Shown here: positions 60,225 through 64,000 of the stretch, in pieces
How the letters are laid out: the number at the start of each line of letters is the position of its first letter
Numbering within the stretch: position 1 is the stretch's first letter
DNA from: Acidobacteriota bacterium
Lineage (GTDB): Bacteria > Acidobacteriota > UBA6911 > RPQK01 > JAJDTT01
Assembly: GCA_965217775.1 (NCBI GenBank)
Contig: CBDCJH010000002.1
Location: 2,720,001 to 2,784,000 of the forward strand
Length of the DNA: 64,000 nucleotides
Direction: 5' to 3'
Position numbers and translations under genes: made by a program
The notes under the pieces: generated by a model
Database searches by the model: none
What the model was told of the DNA's origin: nothing
The model's input: only the letters and a program-made list of their open reading frames with translations

Positions 60225-61223
60225 TCACCCGCTCACTCGGACGGCGCGGCCGGTCCTGGCTGATTCTTCCGCGGCGTCGGCAAGCAGCAATGCGCGCCTC
60301 CCGTCGTCGAAGCCGGGCATCGGCGGGACGCCTTCCTCCACGGCATCGACGAAGGCGTCGATCTCGCGCACGTACGATTCCTGGTACCGCTCGATGAAGA
60401 AAGGGTGCAGGCGGTCGCGGGCAGCGGTCCCGTCGGCCGTGTAGCGTTCGACGTTGGTCCGAGTCGGATTCGCGGAAATGAGCATCCCGCGTTCTCCGAA
60501 CAGCTCGATTCGCTGGTCGTAGCCAAAGGCACACCGTCGAGAGCAGTTGATGTGGCACAGAGCGCCGGAGGCCATCCGCAACAGAGCCATGGCGCTGTCC
60601 ACGTCGCCGGCTTCGCCGATGCGCGGGTCCACCAGCACGCCGGACATGGCCGTGACCTCCACCGGCTCTTCGTCGAACAGGACATGAGCCATGTCGAAGT
60701 CGTGGATCATCAGGTCCCGGAACAGTCCCCCGGAATGCGGAATGTAGTCGAGGCGTGGTGGGAACGGATCGCGGCTGCTGATCACGGCCTGCTCAAGCCT
60801 TCCGATCTCGCCGTCGCGAGCCGCCCGGCGCAGCGCATCATGGCTCGGATCGAAGCGCCGGTTGAATCCGATCTGGAACGGGACGCCCGTCGCCGCGAGA
60901 ACGGCCCCGCATGCGTCCACGCGTGACATACTGAGGTCGATCGGCTTTTCGCAGAGCACGGCCTTGCCTGCCCGAGCCGCTCGCTCAATCAGCTCGCAGT
61001 GGGTGCTGGTGGAGGAGGCGATCATGACCGCATCCAGAGCATCGACTCCGAGCAGGTCTTCGACGGAGTCAACGGACGCGGACCCGGTCTCAGTTGCTGC
61101 GGCGGCGCTGGCGCCGGTATCAACGTCGTAGATTCCCACCAGTTCCACCCGGTCGTGGGCCGCCAGGTTCCTCGCGTGCATCCGGCCGATCCGGCCGGCT
61201 CCGAACAGTCCGATTCTGAGCAT
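60225..61223 (-). CDS. iolG: Inositol 2-dehydrogenase-like oxidoreductase (second full copy)
   Basis: GAGRIG, CEKP, GFNRRFDP, GGLFRDLMIHDFD. Confidence 0.8.
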   Translation of the reverse strand: MLRIGLFGAGRIGRMHARNLAAHDRVELVGIYDVDTGASAAAATETGSASVDSVEDLLGVDALDAVMIASSTSTHCELIERAARAGKAVLCEKPIDLSMSRVDACGAVLAATGVPFQIGFNRRFDPSHDALRRAARDGEIGRLEQAVISSRDPFPPRLDYIPHSGGLFRDLMIHDFDMAHVLFDEEPVEVTAMSGVLVDPRIGEAGDVDSAMALLRMASGALCHINCSRRCAFGYDQRIELFGERGMLISANPTRTNVERYTADGTAARDRLHPFFIERYQESYVREIDAFVDAVEEGVPPMPGFDDGRRALLLADAAEESARTGRAVRVSG

Positions 61224-61456
61224 GGAATTCCCCTTGGTTCGGTGACGACGGGGTAGGCGCTGAAGTTGACGCCCCGCCCAACTGGGCACTCTGAGTATAC
61301 AATTGGGTCGTTGCCAGAGTCGTCTCCTGATTCTCGTGAGGGGTAGCGATGGATCGTTCGCGGATGTCTCGTAGTTTTCCAGTTCCGCATCTGTGGTCAA
61401 GTCCGGGCCTTGATACGCGTCGAATTGTGGGATCTCGGCGGTGTGGGTTTGCCTAG

Positions 61457-61565
61457 GAGGCTGTCCGAGAATGCGATTTGTCCCCAAATCGATATTCTTA
61501 AGTTGTTGATTTATAAGGAGTTAGGTTTTTAACAATCGTGATTTTTCGAGTTCTCGGACAGCCTC
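61457..61565. mobile_element. 109-bp MITE with 15-bp terminal inverted repeats and CTAG flanks
   Basis: CTAG-GAGGCTGTCCGAGAA...TTCTCGGACAGCCTC-CTAG; an additional right end at 62480-62494 followed by CTAG. Confidence 0.8.
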
Positions 61566-61569
61566 CTAG

Positions 61570-61885
61570 TGAACCACATCCACCTTTGGTCACAAGCGTT
61601 CTTGCTCCCGCAGGCGGCCGATGATCCGGACCAGGTCTCGGGCACGAGGATTGCCTTTGGGATCCAACATACGCCTCAGACTCCTGGGCGACTTCCCGGT
61701 CCGCCTACCAAGTGCCTGAAACCGTATCGTGCTGTTGACATAGTCGCGCAACATCGCCTTGCAGGTATCCACGTCTCCCCAATGGAGGCACTCGAGTCCC
61801 CTCCTTGACCAGTTCCTCGCGGAACGCAGGATCGCTCTCGATGCGCACGTGGATCGTCGCGCTGAAGTTCTGAGTCAGGGTCATG
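61570..61885 (-). pseudogene. Frameshifted addiction-module antidote (paralog of 42925-43242)
   Basis: MTLTQNFSATIHVRIESDPAFREEL / LRDYVNSTIRF..KGNP. Confidence 0.75.
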
Positions 61886-62108
61886 ATGTTCAAGTCTCCA
61901 TTCGCTCCCCCATCGTACCGCGTCAGCCTCATTAGAAGCCTGGAACGTCAAAGACATGACGAAACCCTCGAATTGGCAGTCCGTCGCCGGGACACGGCGG
62001 GTCTGGCAGTGTTCTGATATCGTGTTGGGCAAGAGTGGATTCGACGACGCGAACTCCAAAATAGCTGAGGTCCCGTAATTCAACGGTTTATGTGAAAGAC
62101 TCGTAACG

Positions 62109-62342
62109 ATGAGAAAGATCAAGGCGAAGTATTCGAAGGGTGTGTTCGTTCCTCACGAGAGGCTCGATCTCAAAGAGGGCGTGGAAGTCGTCGAGTCAGT
62201 CGGAGAGTTTGCATCCCCGGACAGCGCTGTCGAGTGGCTCAGGGCGTCAGCCGGCGGGTGGATCGGAATGCACGATCCGACGCAGTTCAAGCGGATGATC
62301 TACGAAGCTCGGATAGCCGGTTCCAGGCAAGTTCGGGAGTAG
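62109..62342 (+). CDS. AF2212/DUF104-like antitoxin (orphan)
   Basis: IKAKYSKGVFVPHERLDLKEGVEV. Confidence 0.7.
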   Translation: MRKIKAKYSKGVFVPHERLDLKEGVEVVESVGEFASPDSAVEWLRASAGGWIGMHDPTQFKRMIYEARIAGSRQVRE

Positions 62343-62599
62343 TAGATCATTGCAGTATTTGTCGGAATTAGAGCAATCCATCGGTTCCCTCGGCTTCGGA
62401 GGCCAGGATTCGAGGGTCTTCGGAGCCTTGGGCCATTGCCCCTGAGCACGGTTATGGGTGAAGGTCGCTCAATGCCGAATTCTCGGACAGGCTCCTAGGC
62501 TCTACTAGAGAGGTAGCTTTCACCTTCGACGTCCTCCCTTCCCGAAGCCAGATGGTGTATTCCTTTTCCTTTGGTGAGGCCACAATAATCCCCCTTGCT

Positions 62600-63025
62600 T
62601 TACAGAGGCCGTCGACCAGGCACTATTCCGGCAAGGCCGTACGGGCGTGGGGCAGGGACAGTCGACGGCTTCCGCCGATTGCAAATGGGATCGAGTAGAG
62701 AGATCAGAAATCTCTCGTGCTTCAAACGCTCCACCTTGTCACTCTCTATCATGTACTGAACCCCTGTCGCCCCATGCTTCCAGATGTCGTGCCACTTGTT
62801 GTTTACGTGCTCGGACATCCGCCGATAGACATCCTTTGACTCGCCCACGTAAATCACCTTGCCGTGCTGGTCCAGAATCGTGTAGACCCCTGGGGTCGGC
62901 AGGTATTTCCGGGGCGTGAAAAGGGACTCTGGCCTATTTATCACGTCTACGAGGGACATGAGTCCTTGTGACCGGCGTTGCTGTTTATTGTACTCATCTG
63001 CCATCCACTGAATCGAGAATTCCAT
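62600..63025 (-). CDS. GIY-YIG nuclease family protein
   Basis: PGVYTI...VIYVGES..VYRRMSEH...E..LI..LDP.CN. Confidence 0.8.
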   Translation of the reverse strand: MEFSIQWMADEYNKQQRRSQGLMSLVDVINRPESLFTPRKYLPTPGVYTILDQHGKVIYVGESKDVYRRMSEHVNNKWHDIWKHGATGVQYMIESDKVERLKHERFLISLLDPICNRRKPSTVPAPRPYGLAGIVPGRRPL

Positions 63026-63265
63026 CGTCTCCTCCTATTCACATGGACTTATAGCACCTTACCCTGACAGAGTTTGCGGTGACAGGAGTATCATTTAGAG
63101 TGTGGTGAGGCGTGGAATGTGGCCGATAGGCTGCCCGTCCTGGCGGAATTGGCAGACTCTAAGCTTTAGGCGGGTCCTGGCTGGTTGCGACCATATCCTC
63201 CTTACCATACCACAGTTGAAGTCTGACTCAGAGGGTGTCAAGTAGGCTTTATACTTCCCTAAGAT

Positions 63266-64000
63266 TTAGAAGGGTAAATCATGCCTTGAATCCTCTCCAT
63301 CTGGGTCGTCAATTGGGGCATCGGTACTTTCAGTTCCCTCATCTGCCGTGTCCACACTCCTATTTCGCGCTATCCCTTGCCAATCATTTCCAATAGCATT
63401 CCAATTAATGCGTCGCATTTCTTCTCCCGTCCAAACGTTCCAAAAGTCAGGATCATCGGAGCGAGGCTGTTGCTCTTTGGGCAGGTCGTTCATCTTTAGA
63501 AGAACCGGTAGCTCTGATGCCCAACCAAGCAGGATTGCACTCTGCGAGGGTAGTGAAGGCAACTCGCGAAGAAGACCTCTGAGGTTATCGGGGACAAGCC
63601 TGCTGACAAGTTCCTGGTCACGGTCGTTGCTAATTCGGTGTAGAAGAAATGTATTGCATTGAGACAGAACTGCCGGAGAAAGCTCAGACGGTCTTTGAGA
63701 AGACAAGACCAAGCCAAGTCCGAACTTCCGCCCTTCGCGGGCGATTCGTTCGAAGACTTGGCAACAGACAGTTGCAGCGTCCTGGTTCTCAAGGTCTTCC
63801 CGGTAGCGTTTGATGAATGTATGCGCCTCTTCCATCACCAAGACAGTCGGGAGTGAGACGCCGTTAAGCTTAACGTAGCGCTGGAGTGTTTCAAAAACCA
63901 TGCGGGCGATCACTGCTGTGACGACATGGACAACCTCTGCCGGTACTAAGGAAAGGTCGATGACGGACACGCAACTATCTTTAGCGTCATCGCTTCCGAT
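63266..64000 (-). CDS. HerA/DUF87 ATPase, C-terminal part (starts beyond window end)
   Basis: LVMEEAH Walker B, IAREGRKFGLGLVLSSQRPSEL, SQCNTFLLHR; lower GC. Confidence 0.88.
   Translation of the reverse strand: MGSDDAKDSCVSVIDLSLVPAEVVHVVTAVIARMVFETLQRYVKLNGVSLPTVLVMEEAHTFIKRYREDLENQDAATVCCQVFERIAREGRKFGLGLVLSSQRPSELSPAVLSQCNTFLLHRISNDRDQELVSRLVPDNLRGLLRELPSLPSQSAILLGWASELPVLLKMNDLPKEQQPRSDDPDFWNVWTGEEMRRINWNAIGNDWQGIARNRSVDTADEGTESTDAPIDDPDGEDSRHDLPF

Noticed and set aside
42280-61223. Duplicated blocks as simple assembly repeats
   Set aside because: Copies differ by many substitutions while keeping reading frames and have distinct junctions. Strain chimerism is still not excluded without reads.

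Overview
GC-rich bacterial chromosome segment. The gene repertoire (DUF1501/DUF1553 pair, PQQ dehydrogenases, sodium:solute symporters, CocE hydrolase) suggests an Acidobacteriota/PVC-type organism (inference only). The left half is mostly transport and catabolic genes separated by clusters of GC-rich palindromic REP-like repeats. Three unrelated mobile element types have inserted into that REP family. (1) A group II intron (5575-7491) whose predicted EBS1/EBS2 match the REP. (2) An IS110 element (24275-25829) whose bridge-RNA guides can be read by eye against the REP and its own donor junction. (3) Two decayed tyrosine-integrase elements (31717-33659 and 51585-56136) that carry a tRNA 5' half at one end but sit in REP hairpin loops resembling an anticodon arm, each bounded by an 11-bp direct repeat. 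The right half (35-64 kb) is a mosaic of diverged duplicated genes (iolG-like, sialidase-like, amidohydrolase, BrnT-like TA). It is punctuated by seven copies of a ~23-bp directional motif (GAGAAGTAGACTGTCCCYTT) that delimit cassette-like cargo: TA genes, an octaheme HAO-like/NapC operon, a NYN nuclease behind a promoter-hairpin-terminator leader, and SprT. Candidate defence genes include a TIR domain with a truncated membrane effector, a HEPN-motif protein, a PD-(D/E)XK-like protein, GIY-YIG and HerA. All calls were made by eye; no database searches were run.
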